Origin: Octopus sinensis
Lineage: Eukaryota
Direction of reading: 5' to 3'
Length of the DNA: 64,000 nt
Assembly: GCF_006345805.1 (NCBI RefSeq)
Contig: NC_043024.1
Span: 3,534,001-3,598,000, forward strand
Shown here: positions 1 through 12,742 of the stretch, one piece after another
Numbering within the stretch: position 1 is the first letter of the stretch
How the letters are laid out: each line of letters opens with the position of its first letter
The notes under the pieces: generated by a model
The model's database searches: none
What the model was told of the DNA's origin: nothing
Seen by the model: the letters and a program-made list of their open reading frames with translations, nothing else
Program-made: the position numbers and the translations under genes

Positions 1-137
1 AGGTCCTAGGGATTTGAGTGTTTCCTCATCAATCATCTTGGTGTGGGGAGGATTTCCCGCTTGTTTTGAGAAGCAACAAGCTGATGGATTTGGTTTCAAA
101 TCTCAGGCAGGGTCAAGCTAGATGCACACACACACAC

Positions 138-179
<42 letters not shown>

Positions 180-459
180 TGTGGTGTTAGTAGTGTTATG
201 CGCTGTGATGGAGCTATGTGGTGTTGGTGGAGGGGATTGCAGATGAGGTGGATGGAAGTGAGCACTGCAGAGGCCTGTGGCATGCATGGGCAGGAAGCAT
301 GTGTGGTCAGTTCGAGCAGAGATGGCAGCGTGAAAGGATGTGTTTATTTTCTTGAGAGTGACCGCTCATTCCACCGAGGTCAACAGGTCAGGCCTTTTCT
401 ATTTCTTTCTCCCGTTTGCTTCTTTTTTCTGTTGTCCTTTTCCTCCATCACACTACATA

Positions 460-1349
460 TCTATATATATAAAAGTGAAGTTGTGTGAGTGTCTGTCTCC
501 TACGATTTAGATTCCTAACTCCTCCCACATTTTGCGGTGCAGTTTAACCAAATTCGGGTATCTTATAGTCGTGATTCATATCGAGCCCGTCTGGGTATTA
601 GCGCGCGTCTACGATGAGCCTACGATTTAAAAAATAATTTAACATAATTTTTTTCCATTTCTTCCAATTTTTTCGTGTGTCGATGGCGGCGGAGTTGGCG
701 TCCATGCTTCACAGCTGCACCTGTTTGCTTCTCCCCCTTCCCTCCCTCGTGAAGCTGTGGGGAAGGGAGTGTAAAGAAATCAACGTCGTAATGCGTTGTG
801 AAGGAAACCAGCGTTCTTTTAGAACAACGACTTCATGGCTTGAAGACACCAAAACAAAAATGGCTAAGAAAGCCCGAATTTATAAGGGAAGTAACTCTCT
901 AAAAATGCTTATATAGTTATTTCCCTTACAAACCCGAGCAACGCTGGGCGATACTGCTAGTCTATATATATAAAAGTGAAGTTGTGTGAGTGTCTGTCTC
1001 CTACGATTTAGATTCCTAACTACTCCCACATTTTGCGGTGCAGTTTAACCAAATTCGGGTATCTTATAGTCGTGATTCAAATCGAGCCCTTCTGGGTATT
1101 AGCGCGCGTCTACGATGAGTCTACAATTTAAAAAATAATTTAACATCATTTTTTTCCATTTTAATGCATTTTTTTGCTATTATATAAGGGAAGTAACTCT
1201 CTAAAAATGTCTACGATGAGTCAACAATTTAAAAAAAAATTACTATAATTTTTTTTCCATTGTTAATGCATTTTTTGGCTATAACTCTCTAAAAATGCTT
1301 TATAGTTATTTCCCTTACAAACCTGAGCAACGCCAGGCGATACTGCTAG
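460..1349 (+). mobile_element. Two head-to-tail non-autonomous Helitron copies (460-960 and 961-1349)
   Basis: Each begins TCTATATATATAAAAGTGAAG and ends with a GC hairpin followed by ATACTGCTAG. The pair sits between A459 and T1350. Confidence 0.85.
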
Positions 1350-1364
1350 TATATATATATATAT

Positions 1365-1544
1365 ACTGGAGTAAACACATAAATGTGAAACAAGGTGGAA
1401 AAAAGAGTACTCAAATACCAGTGGTAGAGTAATATGCTTTATTTAAAGCAGTTTTTGCTAGATTCTAGCAAAAACTGTCCGATGAACGGCAACGGGAAAC
1501 TCAGAGTAACAGGTTTTGTTGAATTTTCTGCTGCTTTAAATAAA

Positions 1545-1545
<1 letters not shown>
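1365..1545. repeat. Short PLE-pLTR-like fold-back element between (TA)n tracts, with a hammerhead-like motif
   Basis: Central palindrome GTTTTTGCTAG-ATT-CTAGCAAAAAC (1451-1475), outer inverted match CTTTATTTAAAGCAG / CTGCTTTAAATAAAG, and (TA)n on both sides. Confidence 0.6.
1475..1512 (+). ncRNA. Degenerate minimal type I hammerhead motif (core CCGAUGA, GAAA, stem III ACUC-A-GAGU, GUA site)
   Basis: CTGT-CCGATGA-acggcaacgg-GAAAC-TCAGA-GTA-ACAG. Stem I CTGT/ACAG pairs; stem II does not pair well. Confidence 0.55.
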
Positions 1546-1577
<32 letters not shown>

Positions 1578-2237
1578 AACAAAGGTAGCTATATGCAAAA
1601 AAGAATTCAAAACCAAAAAGGAAAATTTCAACTGTCACTAGTTGGGACTGAAAGTACAGGGGAGCACCTACTTTGCTAGAAATAAGAGCAAAGCCATCTG
1701 GCAATGGAATAGTCACTACTGATGAGTTTGTAATTTTCAAATGAAACTATAGTTATAATGATCTCTTGCTGTGGGATGGTTATCTCCCCTGTCAGTTTTT
1801 GAAAATGTGCCTTCTGTGTGTGTGTCTTTGTGTCCCCCCCACCACCACTTGGCAACCGATATTGGTGTGCTTACATCCCTGTGACCTAAGAGTGTGGCAA
1901 TACAGACTGATAGAATAAGTAAAAGGTTTTTGAAAACAAAAATAAATCCGGGGGTTGATTTATTCAGTTAAAAATTCTTCAAGATGGTGCTTCCATAAAG
2001 ACACAGTCTAATGAGTGAAACAAGTAAAAGATGAAAAATATATTGATTGATTGATACAAGTATTGAGACTTGCATAAAAGACTTGAAGTTCCTGATAAAA
2101 AAAACAACTTCAATGAACGTTGCACGTTCAGCTGTGTGAGCAATGAAGTCATGCGCACCAGACTTGCACTGCTGATGGCATGCAACAATTATTGAATTAT
2201 TTACACAGAAAAGTTTTGCATGTAAGTCTCCATATTC

Positions 2238-2620
2238 TTTTCTTTTACTTATTTCAGTCATTTCACTGCGGCCAGGCTGGAGCACCACCTTTTTTAGTCA
2301 AGCAAATCGTCCCCAGGACTTATTCTTTGTAAGCTTAGTACTTATTCTATTGGACTCTTTTTGCTGAACTGCTAAGTTATGGGGATGTAAACACACCAGC
2401 ATTGGATGTCAAGCAATGTTGTGGAGGACAAACACAAACACACATATATATACATATATACAACAGGCTTCTTTTAGTTTCCGTTTACCAAATCCACTCA
2501 CAAGGCTTTGGTCGGTTCGAGGCTATAGTAGAAAACACTTGCCCAAGGTGCCACACAATGGGACTGAACCTGGAACCATGTGGTTGGTAAGCAAGCTACT
2601 TACCACACAGCCACTCCATA
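2238..2620 (-). mobile_element. tRNA-derived SINE, family 1
   Basis: Reverse complement of the TGGCTGTGTGG (A box) / GGTTCAGTCCC (B box) ... GAAACAAGTAAAAG consensus seen about 20 times in the window. A 3' half copy lies at ~1815-2040 (+). Confidence 0.85.
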
Positions 2621-2820
2621 TCTGTATCAGTCAATCAATACAGACCTCTATTTCCAATGATATTGAGGTCTACCTTGTTCATTGTTACAGGTATTTATGA
2701 TTTATGTTAGGATGTATGGATGACTGTATACTCTACCACAGGTATTTGTGTACTCTTTTTCTCCACATTGTTTCACATTTATGTATTTACTCCGGTATAT
2801 ATATTTTATGTGTATATTTA

Positions 2821-4084
2821 CAGGGATTGGACAAAATAATAGAAACATCTTAAAATTTCTAACAAATTTATTTTAATATGAGGTAGGACTGCCTATTGCA
2901 ATAATTACAGCTTGAATTCTATGAGGTATGGACTCGTACAAAGTTTGAATTGTTTCCAAAGGAATTTTTGTCCATTCTTCAGCTAAAACAGTCTCTAGTT
3001 CATGTTGTGATGATGGTAGAGGATATCGACTCCTTACTTTTTTTTCTAAAATGCACCATAAATGTTCAATAATATTGAGATCTGGGGACTGTGGTGGCCA
3101 GATAAGATGTTCAACTTCACTAGAATGTTCCTCGTGCCATTCAGTAATAACTTTAGTTGTGTGAATTGGTGCGTTATCATCCTGAACGATTGGGTTTCCC
3201 TCCAGAAACAGTTCCGCAACCATAGGTTAATTTGGATCAGATAAAATGCTTAAATAGTCTTGACTATTAATTCTGCCATGAAGAGAAGCCATTAGGCCAG
3301 TGGATTTCCAAGATATAGTACCCGCCCAGATCACCACAGATCCTCCTCCATGAATAACAGTTGGAAGAAGTCAGTCTGAGTCAAATGCTTCTTTTGGTTG
3401 TCTCCACACGTATACTCAGCCAGTGGTTGGAAATAAGGTACAGGTTGACACGTCTGTGAAAATAACATTCTTCTACTGCTCTGGGGACCAATTCTGTAGG
3501 TTTTTATTCCACTCTAAATGCTTGCAACATTTGTTTTTGAAGGTAGTGGTTTTCTGATTGTAGCCCTCCCATGAAAACCAGTTTTGTGCAGCTCCTGGCG
3601 AACAGTTTTTGTGGAAACTGGGTTCTGAAGGTGGTCATTAAGCTCTGCAGTAATTTTGGAACTGTACTTTTGTGATCCTTTCTAACAATTCTTGTAAGAG
3701 TCCGATAGTCCTTATCTGAAAGTTTTGGATTTTCTCAGAAGTTTTGTTTCGATGAGGAGGTTTTTCCCTCTTTCTCAAAGTCTGTCATTACTTTCAAGAC
3801 AGTACTTCTTGATACACCAAACATTTTGGCCGTTTTCGTTATGCTAGTGCCTGCCAAATGAGCACCAACAATTTGACCTCTTTGAAAGTTCAATAGATCC
3901 GGCATTTTAATGAATTATAATTACCTTTTTCTGATGGTATCTGAAAAGAAACAGCAATTTTAGCAAAACATATTAAGCAACACTAATAATAAATCAAAAA
4001 ACAAAAATAAACAAGCTTTTGATGGTTTTATAGATATTTCAAAATTATGATACTTGGTGTTTCCATTATTTTGTCCATTCCATG
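2821..4084 (-). mobile_element. Tc1-family DNA transposon, full length with disrupted transposase
   Basis: TIRs CAGGGATTGGACAAAATAATAGAAAC / GTTTCCATTATTTTGTCCATTCCATG with TA on both sides. Minus-strand start MPDLLNFQRGQIVGA (ATG at 3905) and QDDNAPIH...WPPQSPDLNIIEHLW. Confidence 0.93.
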
Positions 4085-4619
4085 TATATATGTAAGTATG
4101 CATGCAGGCATGTATGTGACGGAACACATTCTAAAGAGGCTATTGTTGGTCTGCACCAGCAAGAATTATATAATGCAGTATAACTGATAAAAAGAGTACA
4201 ATGAACTTGTCATGAGGAGTGAGAAATTCCAACTTCTCAGATAGCATCCTTCTGCAGAGGTTAATTAATGAGAAACAGCAGAATTTTACATCCCCTAAGT
4301 TACCAAAAAAAAAAAAGTTGCAGTCCTAGAATTTCCCTCCTTCCATATTTTCTTTAAAGATGGACACTATCTGAAACACTGGATTTCCACCCCTCACAGC
4401 AACTTCACTGTACTCTTTCCATCATTTTTACCAATGCACGCACATACACAGGCTGTTCAGGCTAAATTTGACAATTGCCATAAAAGGAAAAGAAAACACA
4501 ACGTCCCATCAAAAAATGAAAGTATCTTTAAAAAATCAAAAAACATCAACTCAGCCTCCACCATGGTTTCAAGACAGCTCCAGAACGTGTTCCTTACTGT
4601 ATCCCTGATCTTGACAACG

Positions 4620-5150
4620 AACTCAACCTTTTGGTGTTTCAAGCAAAATCACCAGTCTTTTCCGACTGTGTCCCACACAGAAACCTATGGGATTACAATA
4701 GGAGGAATTAGGAGGTTAGAATTTGGTGCTGGTGAAGTTGTAGAAACTCTTTGACAATCACTTCTGACACTTTCTGGATGTATGGCAAGTAGCTGAATCT
4801 TGCTGCCATGCATATGGCCTTGCAGCCAAAGTTTGACCAGGAGCATCACATAGCCGTCTGAATGGAGCCTAAGGCCCTGACCTGCAATTGTCGGAGAAAT
4901 TCCAGACTGCAGACACAGTCAAAATGACTACTGTGTCTCTTCCAGCTGGCCACAGCTTCGTAGTCTCTGCCGTAGCTGTCCATGTCATGTCATACAGCCC
5001 CTTTTAGGGTTCATTGAGTATTGAGTCATGATGGTGGCATTTTGATAGAGGGCGCAAATTATCATGATACAGGTAACTCTTTTCCAATATTCAGATGGCT
5101 TCCAGTCTTCCATGTCAGCTAACTTTTGCTCAACTACAACTTTAATCATT
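4620..5150 (-). mobile_element. Degraded Tc1/mariner-superfamily (maT/DD37D-like) transposase remnant
   Basis: Minus-strand pieces read GLRLHSDGY..., PYAWQQDSATCHTS and PPNSSYCNP, with stops and frameshifts. Confidence 0.6.
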
Positions 5151-6549
5151 ATGCTCTCCAACGCTGTTGACTGTTCACCAACACATCTAGCTGTTACTGA
5201 AGAAAAAGGAGCCATGGAAAATTGTCAAATTTAGCCCGAACACCCCGTATATAAGTGCGTGCGCGTGTTAGAGCGCCCTCCTACGCCGCTTAACTACCGG
5301 TGTCATTTTATTTATGTTTGTCAACAAGAACTGATAGAACTAATCACAGGCTTAAAAAAAGAAGGACTGGCCTCGATTCGTTCGACTAAAAACCTTGTAA
5401 GGTGATGTCCCAGCATGATCGCAGTCCATTAACTAAAAAAAATAATTATAAAAGATAAAAAGATGCCTAAACGTGGATGGGAATTATAATTTCAAGTGTG
5501 GAAGTATAAATAATGAAAGAGGGTATTTTTTTCGTCTGACACCGTAACCTTCCCGTCAATACGGAACTGTTTACACATCTCGGTTGTTCTTTCTCAGGTA
5601 TTTCATTTCTTTCTTCCAAAATATCGGGAATTTTTTTGTCAAAATTTACCAAAATATCTCTGGTATTTTAATGTGATCGAAGTGGAGGGGGTCTTCATTG
5701 ATGTCCCATTTGGATTTATGCGTGCAATAGTGTCGGAAAAAGTGATAATGCTGGTAAAATCCAAAGCGTTTCCATGTTTTAAGCTTTATTCAGAGACGTT
5801 TAGTGGTAGCCTGAAGTCTCCTTTCGTTACAGACGTTTACTAACTCTTTACAGACTAAAAAGAAATCCTTTGTCATTTCTGAAGAGGTTTAAAACATGAC
5901 CGTAACTATTAAATGTTTTAAAAAATGTTCTCAATAATTACACCAGACCCAGTTTTTAAACTTGTAGAAAACTTCGGAAATTCGTTCAAATGGCTCATGG
6001 CATTATCAGAGCTGCCTTAGCAGTATTGTTGACCCTCGGGCAAATGAATGCGCTGGGCCATATAAGTATTTATTTATTTACTGTAAGCCACATCGTGTAT
6101 AGCTCAGAACTGCCCCCCTAGACCAGTGCTTCGCAACCGTTATGTCGCAGCACACTGGTGGATCACGAGGCGATGCTAGGTGTGCCGCAGTGTTACCTGA
6201 ATATGGGGCTAATAAACTTTTTAAGAAAAATGCATTTTTCAAGGTGAGGTGCAAATCTAAAGAGTTTGACCCGAGCAAAACAAAACAAAACAAAAAAAGG
6301 TATACAACACGTAGTAAACGAATATGATCGTATAATACACACGATCCAGTCATAAAAATGAAAAAATAGTGTAAAAGGTGTAAAACAACATGTAGTAAAC
6401 GAATGTGAAAATAAAAATGCGCTGGCAAACAGGTCGGGGGAGGACCAGGACAATTCACACGATCCAATTTTTTCCCTAAAGAAAATGGATATTCTTCCCA
6501 GCCACACAGTTCCGGGTTCAGTCCCACTGCACGGTACGGAAGGTGAATG

Positions 6550-7445
6550 CAGAGGAAGTAGCGATGTGGAGATGGTCGTATGAGGAACAAGATCGAGGTT
6601 GCATGCAATAGTGATTGACCGCATAGTAGACGGAATCGATGTAGTGATGGGGATGGACGCCATTGTCCGTTTGGGAGGTATCACAGTCAATGAAGCCGGT
6701 GTAGCGTTTGGTGGTGCGGGTACGCTATGCGCTGTGAGTACATGACAGGAGAGTGATGAGAGCTGCAAAGAAAAATGTGCTACACACACCATCACGGACA
6801 AAGATTTTCGAGCTGTGTTCAATGGCTGGCAGTAGACAATGGAAAAACGCGGTTGGTAGCTATCAGCATACCCTGAAAGGGAATGCCAGAAGCAAGTTCG
6901 AAGGAGAAGTAGATCACTGGATCAAGGAAGGTATTCTGATTTCTTGGAAGGAGAGAGTGGAGTGCTACCACTGATGGCAGTGGCGCTGCCAACAAAGCAT
7001 AAAATCAGGCCAGTATTGGATTTCTGAGAGCTGAACAGCCACGTATTGTGCCATATGGGCAGCAAAGCTATGGACATTTGCAGTGAAACCTTGAGAGAGT
7101 GGAGGCAGATGACAGGGTCTTTACAATCGTTGATTTGAAGTTGGCATACCTGCAGTTGCATGTGGCTGAGAGACTGTGGAGATATCAGCTGGTAAGGTAT
7201 AAGTGATGGACATACTGCCTGACCAGGTTGGGATTCGGGCTAAATTCAGCACAGAAGATTATGGTGACGATTCTCAAAACCTTACTGGGAAAGACAGACA
7301 AAGTGAAAAGAGCCACCAATTCCTATATTGATGACATCCTAGTGGACGAGAGCATAGTGTCGGCAAAGGAGATCAAAAGCCAGCTGAAGAGTTTTGGGCT
7401 AACTGCCAAACCGCTGAAGACGATGGAAAGAGGAGCTGCCCTGGG
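6550..7445 (+). mobile_element. Ty3/Gypsy LTR retrotransposon pol fragment (protease end plus RT), frameshifted
   Basis: DGIDVVMGMDAIVRLGG, KIRPVLDF, IVDLKLAYLQ, RLGFGLNSAQKIM and ATNSYIDDILV. No LTRs recognised. Confidence 0.8.
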
Positions 7446-7481
7446 ACTCAATGACAGTTTATTCACCACACCCTGCATATA

Positions 7482-8507
7482 TCATCATCATCATCATCAT
7501 CATCATCGTTTAACGTCCGCTTTCCGCGCTAGCACGGGTTGGACGGTTCGACCGGGTCTGGGAAGCCAGGGGCCGCTCCAGGCTCCAGTCTGAATCTGGC
7601 AGAGTTTCTACGGCTGGATGCCCTTCCTAACGCCAACCACTCCGTGAGTGGATTGGGTGCTTTTTATGTGCCACCTGCACAGGGGCCGGAGGGTCCGGCA
7701 TCGTCACGATCGGTTCGAGCATTTTAACGTGTCAGCGGCACGGGGGCAACGAGGTCCGGGGTACTTTGGGGATCGGGGTACTTTGGGGATCCAGGGTACT
7801 TTGGGGATCCGGGGTACTTAGAATGGGTAGGGGGTATGTGGAATTGCTGCAGAAAGCAGCCCGGGTCTTTGTAGTCACAGCGTATCTCCAGAGATCTCGG
7901 TCCTTCGCCATTGCCTCAGTGAGGCCCAATGCTCTGAGGTCATGCTTGACCACCTCATCCCATGTCTTCCTGGGTCTACCTCTCCCCCTGATACCTTCAA
8001 CTGTTTGGGAGTGGCACTTCTTCACACATCTCTCTTCATCCATCTGCAGCACATGACCATACCATCGCAAGCGTCGCTCTTGCACACCACATCTGATGCT
8101 TCTTATATCCAGCATTTCTCTCAGGATACTTACACTCTGTTTTGCGTGCACACTGACACTACACATCCAGCGGATCATGCTAGCTTCATTTCTTTCAAGT
8201 CTACGCATGTCTTCTGCAGTCACAGCCCATGTTTCATTACCGTGAAGCATGGCAGTTCGCACACATGCATCATACAATCTACCTTTTGCTCTGAGGGAGA
8301 GACCTTTTGTTGCCAGTAGGGGTAGGAGCTTTCTGAACTTTGCCCAGGCTATTCGTATTCTAGTGGTGATACTCTCTGTGCATCCACCTCCGCTACTAAC
8401 TTGGTCACCCAGGTAGCGGAAACTATCAACTACTTCTAGTTTCTCTCCCTGGAGTGTGATGGAATCTGTTTTCTGAGTGTCTGTTGTGTCTATTGTCCCT
8501 GTGCATC
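7482..8507 (-). mobile_element. RTE LINE copy A, 5'-truncated, with (GAT)n tail
   Basis: ORF 7732-8277 (LRWYGHV...GRGRPRKTW) is homologous to the C-terminus of ORF 15505-17370. Same 3' UTR end and (CAT)n on the + strand. Confidence 0.92.
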
Positions 8508-8526
8508 TATATATATATATATTATA

Positions 8527-10621
8527 AACAAATCAAAATAGATGAACATCAATGGAATTTGTATCTTTGTGGTACCAGTGCCGGTGGCACACAAGAAAAC
8601 CATCCGAACGTGGCCGTAGCCAGTACCGCATCGACTGGCCATCGTGCTGTGGGCACATAACAAACACCATCCGATCGTGGCCGTTCGCCAGCCTCATCTG
8701 GCACCTGTGTCGGTGGCACATAAAAACACCATCCGAAGACCCGGCAAGACTAGTCAGGCCATAACCCGTGGCCCCTACCTGGGACGTAGTCAGTCCACCT
8801 GTGCATACCTTCCTTCTTGTGACACTTGTGAAGATCTGTTGAAGCAAGTGAAAATCAAATCAAAACAAATCAAAATAGATGAACATCAATGGAATTTGTA
8901 TCTTTGTGGTACCAGTGCCGGTGGCACACAAGAAAACCATCCGAACGTGGCCGTAGCCAGTACCGCATCGACTGGCCTCCGTGCTGTGGGCACATAACAA
9001 ACACCATCCGATCATGGCCGTTCGCCAGCCTCATCTGGCACCTGTGTCGGTGGCACATAAAAACACCATCCGAAGACCCGGCAAGACTAGTCAGGCCATA
9101 ACCCGTGGCCCCTACTTGGGACGTAGTCAGTCCACCTGTGCATACCTTCCTTCTTGTGACACTTGGGAAGACCTGTTGAGGCAAGTGAAAATCAAATCAA
9201 ATCAAAACAAATCAAAATAGATGAACATCAATGGAATTTGTATCTTTGTGGTACCAGTGTCGGTGGCACACAAGAAAACCATCCGAACGTGGCTGTAGCC
9301 AGTACCGCATCGACTGGCCTCCGTGCTGTGGGCACATAACAAACACCATCCGTTCGTGGCCGTTCGCCAGCCTCATCTGGCACCTGTGCGGTGGTACACA
9401 AGAAAACCATCCGAACGTGGCGGTAGCCAGTACCGCATCGACTGGCCTCCGTGCTGTGGGCACGTAACAAACACCATCCGATCGTGGCCGTTCGCCAGCC
9501 TCATCTGGCACCTGTGTCGGTGGCACATAAAAACACCATCCGAAGACCCGGCAAGACTAGTCAGGCCATAACCCGTGGCCCCTACCTGGGACGTAGTCAG
9601 TCCACCTGTGCATACCTTCCTTCTTGTGACACTTGTGAAGACCTGTTGAGGCAAGTGAAAATCAAAACAAATCAAAATAGATGAACATCAATGGAATTTG
9701 TATCTTTGTGGTACCAGTGCCGGTGGCACACAAGAAAACCATCCGAACGTGGCTGTAGCCAGTACCGCATCGACTGGCCTCCGTGCTGTGGGCACATAAC
9801 AAACACCATCCGTTCGTGGCCGTTCGCCAGCCTCATCTGGCACCTGTGCGGTGGTACACAAGAAAACCATCCGAACGTGGCGGTAGCCAGTACCGCATCG
9901 ACTGGCCTCCGTGCTGTGGGCACGTAACAAACACCATCCGATCGTGGCCGTTCGCCAGCCTCATCTGGCACCTGTGTCGGTGGCACATAAAAACACCATC
10001 CGAAGACCCGGCAAGACTAGTCAGGCCATAACCCGTGGCCCCTACCTGGGACGTAGTCAGTCCACCTGTGCATACCTTCCTTCTTGTGACACTTGTGAAG
10101 ACCTGTTGAGGCAAGTGAAAATCAAAACAAATCAAAATAGATGAACATCAATGGAATTTGTATCTTTGTGGTACCAGTGCCGGTGGCACACAAGAAAACC
10201 ATCCGAATGTGGCCGTAGCCAGTACCGCATCGACTGGCCTCCGTGCTGTGGGCACGTAACAAACACCATCTGATCGTGGCCGTTCGCCAGCCTCATCTGG
10301 CACCTGTGTCGGTGGCACATAAAAACACCATCCGAGCGTGGCCGTCTGCCAGCCTCGTCTGACACCTGTGTCGGTGGCACATAAAAAACACCATCCGAGC
10401 GTGGCCGTTCGCCAGCCTCGTCTGGCACCTGTGTCGGTGGCACATAAAATCACCCACTACACTCTCGGAGTGGTTGGTGTTAGGAAGGGCATCCAGCTGT
10501 AGAAACACTACCAGATCTGACTGGCCTGGTGCAGCCTTCGGGCTCCCCAGACCCCAGTTGAACCGTCCAACCCATGCTAGCATGGAAAGCGGACGTTAAA
10601 TGATGATGATGATGATGATGA
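8527..10621 (+). repeat. Tandem array built from an RTE 3' end, ending in the normal RTE terminus and (GAT)n tail
   Basis: Units restart at AAATCAAAATAGATGAACATC near 8531, 8868, 9210, 9670 and 10130 (periods 337, 342, 460, 460). The last unit runs into GGAAGGGCATCCAGCTGTAGAAAC...GGACGTTAAATGATGATG. Confidence 0.9.
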
Positions 10622-11039
10622 TTATACTAAAACTCAAAGTTTGTCTGTCTGTTTTCCTGACATTTAAGGTGATAAAAATTACAAATGAAATAGTCATTTC
10701 CCCCTTTAAGAAAACAAAATTCAAGTTGAAAATGTAGACACTTCAAAGAGTCATGTCAGCTACCTCTGTCTGTTCTTTTTTCATACTTTCCTTTTTCTTT
10801 GTGACTGCCATAGACTTGAAGATAGAAATTCTCCCTATATTATTATGAGATATTTTTGAATTACAGTTACTTGATATTTTTTCGTAAAGGGAAAAATTAC
10901 TATTTTATTTAAATTGAGATATTAATCTTTATTGTCTTAATCAAAAGGCAGAAAAACAGAGAGAGACTCTATCTCTTTATAGACGAAGATCAGTTGCAAT
11001 GGGAGGAGCTGAATCTCATAAGAATGGAAAAACAAACAA

Positions 11040-11610
11040 AAAATGGGTTGTACCTTATAAGGAAACTCTTTTAAGAACATTCAAATGCCACTGCAATGTT
11101 GAAATCGTTGCCTCAGTGAATTCAATTAAGCACGTCATCATGTACACACTGAAAAGAAATGACCAAGCTGCTGTTCAAATAAACAATGATAACGAAATTA
11201 GTCAATATCTAATGGGTAGGTATACTGGACCATCCAAAGCAGTTGCATCCATTTTAGGATTTTCAATTCATGAAAGAGTGCCTGCAATAGTGAGACGGTA
11301 AGTTCACCTACCAGATGAACAAAGAATATTGCTCAGAAATTATGAGGATATATTGACCCATCAAGCCAAGCAAAATCACAGTTGTGGCAGATACCAGTGT
11401 CATGCAAATTGGCACCCATGCTGGTGGCACATAAACGCACCTCAGTGTCATACAGTAGTAACAAAGAATGGCAAAGAAGAAAGTGAGTAAAAAAAAATGA
11501 AGGCCATTTGAACGTTTCCAAAGAAGAAACACTTGGTCATGTTTATCTTGTCACACCAAAGGCAGGAGAACTGTATTATTTAAAAATTTTATTGCATGAC
11601 GTTCGAAATA
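11040..11610 (+). mobile_element. Helitron Rep/helicase fragment (pseudogenised)
   Basis: FKCHCNVEI.S..SIK...Y..K, NEISQYLMGRY, FSIHER.P.IVR.VHLPDEQ and VYLVTPKAGELYYLKILL match conserved Helitron RepHel segments. A Helitron-like start (TATACTAAAACTC..GTTTGTCTGTCTGT) lies at ~10623. Confidence 0.8.
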
Positions 11611-12059
11611 GTACTTTTTCCTTTTCTGCTGCATGTCAACATTTTCAGCTTGGAGTAGTTGTGACCCAAGGGGTTACGGCAGGTACATCTAGTTGACAAT
11701 AGACAATTACACTCCATCTCTTTCTCTCCAACACCTTGAACTCTATACCAAATTATTTACAAACAAACTATATTTAAAGAAGACTTTACAGAAAACTCTA
11801 GACATGTTCTAACCACCAAACAAGATAAATACAAATTGTTTTTACTTCAAATTCCCAATTTTTATCATTATTTGGTAAGATGAATTTTATCTTCAAAACT
11901 AGTAATATTTTATATTTCTTTCTAAATTAAATTTACTTTTTTGCTGTTTCCACCTCCATCTTTTGTGCGGAAAACGGACGTTAAACGATGATGATGATGA
12001 TGATGATGATATATATATATATATATATATATATAATGTTAAACCATTAATCTTGACAC

Positions 12060-12220
12060 ATTCTTTTTCTCTCTGTTTTTTTTTCTGCCTTCCCTTTCTA
12101 TCAAGGAGCATAGGCTTGAAACATCAAAGACTTTTCCATTCTTCCTGAGTGTCAAACTAATACACCTGATTGTTGTTCCCTCACCTGTCTTTGTCTTTTG
12201 TTTTCTGTGTGTTCGACCCA
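12060..12220 (+). repeat. Decayed pLTR of the Neptune-like PLE family, with a dead hammerhead
   Basis: CTTT-CTATCAA-GGAGC-ATAG-GCTT-GAAAC-ATC-AAAG aligns with the motif at 56294-56331. Confidence 0.6.
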
Positions 12221-12269
12221 TATATATTTATATATCTTTGCTTTTACTTATCTTTTACAGTGAAAATAT

Positions 12270-12732
12270 ATGGAGCAAAATTCCAATGTTAATTCTGAGT
12301 CATTATCTGAAGAAGAACAACAACAAATTCAGGAAGTGTTTTCCAAGAAATTCGTTTATTCTCAAAGCAAAAGTAAAGAATGGCCCTGGCCTACGTTTAA
12401 GAGTGGCCAGTCAGAGGATGCAAACCTATGGAAATGTGAAACATTTGTTGACTTCCGTGAAAGTCTGAATTCTTCGAAAGATCAACTGAGTACTCAGGAT
12501 ATAAAGAAATGGCATACTCACACCACGAATACTCACCTGGGTGGGAGTGTCTGTGTCAATCTCCGTTACCAAATCAGGCCTGAACTCTGTACGCAAGCAT
12601 GGTGTAAATTTATGGAAATTCTCTCGACATATCCTGTAGTGGACTCCAAATCAAAGAAACTAAATTCTGTTCATCTGTGTGAAGCACCAGGATCTTTTAT
12701 TACTTGTTTGAACCACTTCCTCTTTACCCATG
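12270..12732 (+). CDS. CMTR2: Cap2 mRNA 2'-O-methyltransferase CMTR2, first coding exon (acceptor TTTTACAG at 12260, ATG 12270, donor G/GTGAGT, phase 1)
   Basis: Translation contains PELCTQAWCKFMEI (catalytic K) and VHLCEAPGSFITCLNH (SAM-binding motif) typical of CMTR2/FTSJD1. Phase matches the next exon. Confidence 0.93.
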
Positions 12733-12742
12733 GTGAGTATTG

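Noticed and set aside
1-410. Possible decayed PLE or LINE remnant on the minus strand around the CA/TA repeat
   Set aside because: Only vague peptide resemblance, not supportable without alignment.
5467-5652. Minus-strand 61-aa ORF as the first exon of a divergent gene
   Set aside because: Starts at TTG with an in-frame stop shortly upstream, and has no recognisable homology.
8527-10450. CRISPR-like look of palindromic GTGCCGGTGGCAC repeats, and the repeated 70-104 aa ORFs
   Set aside because: The spacers are themselves repeated, there are no cas genes, the context is eukaryotic, and the sequence matches the RTE 3' UTR.
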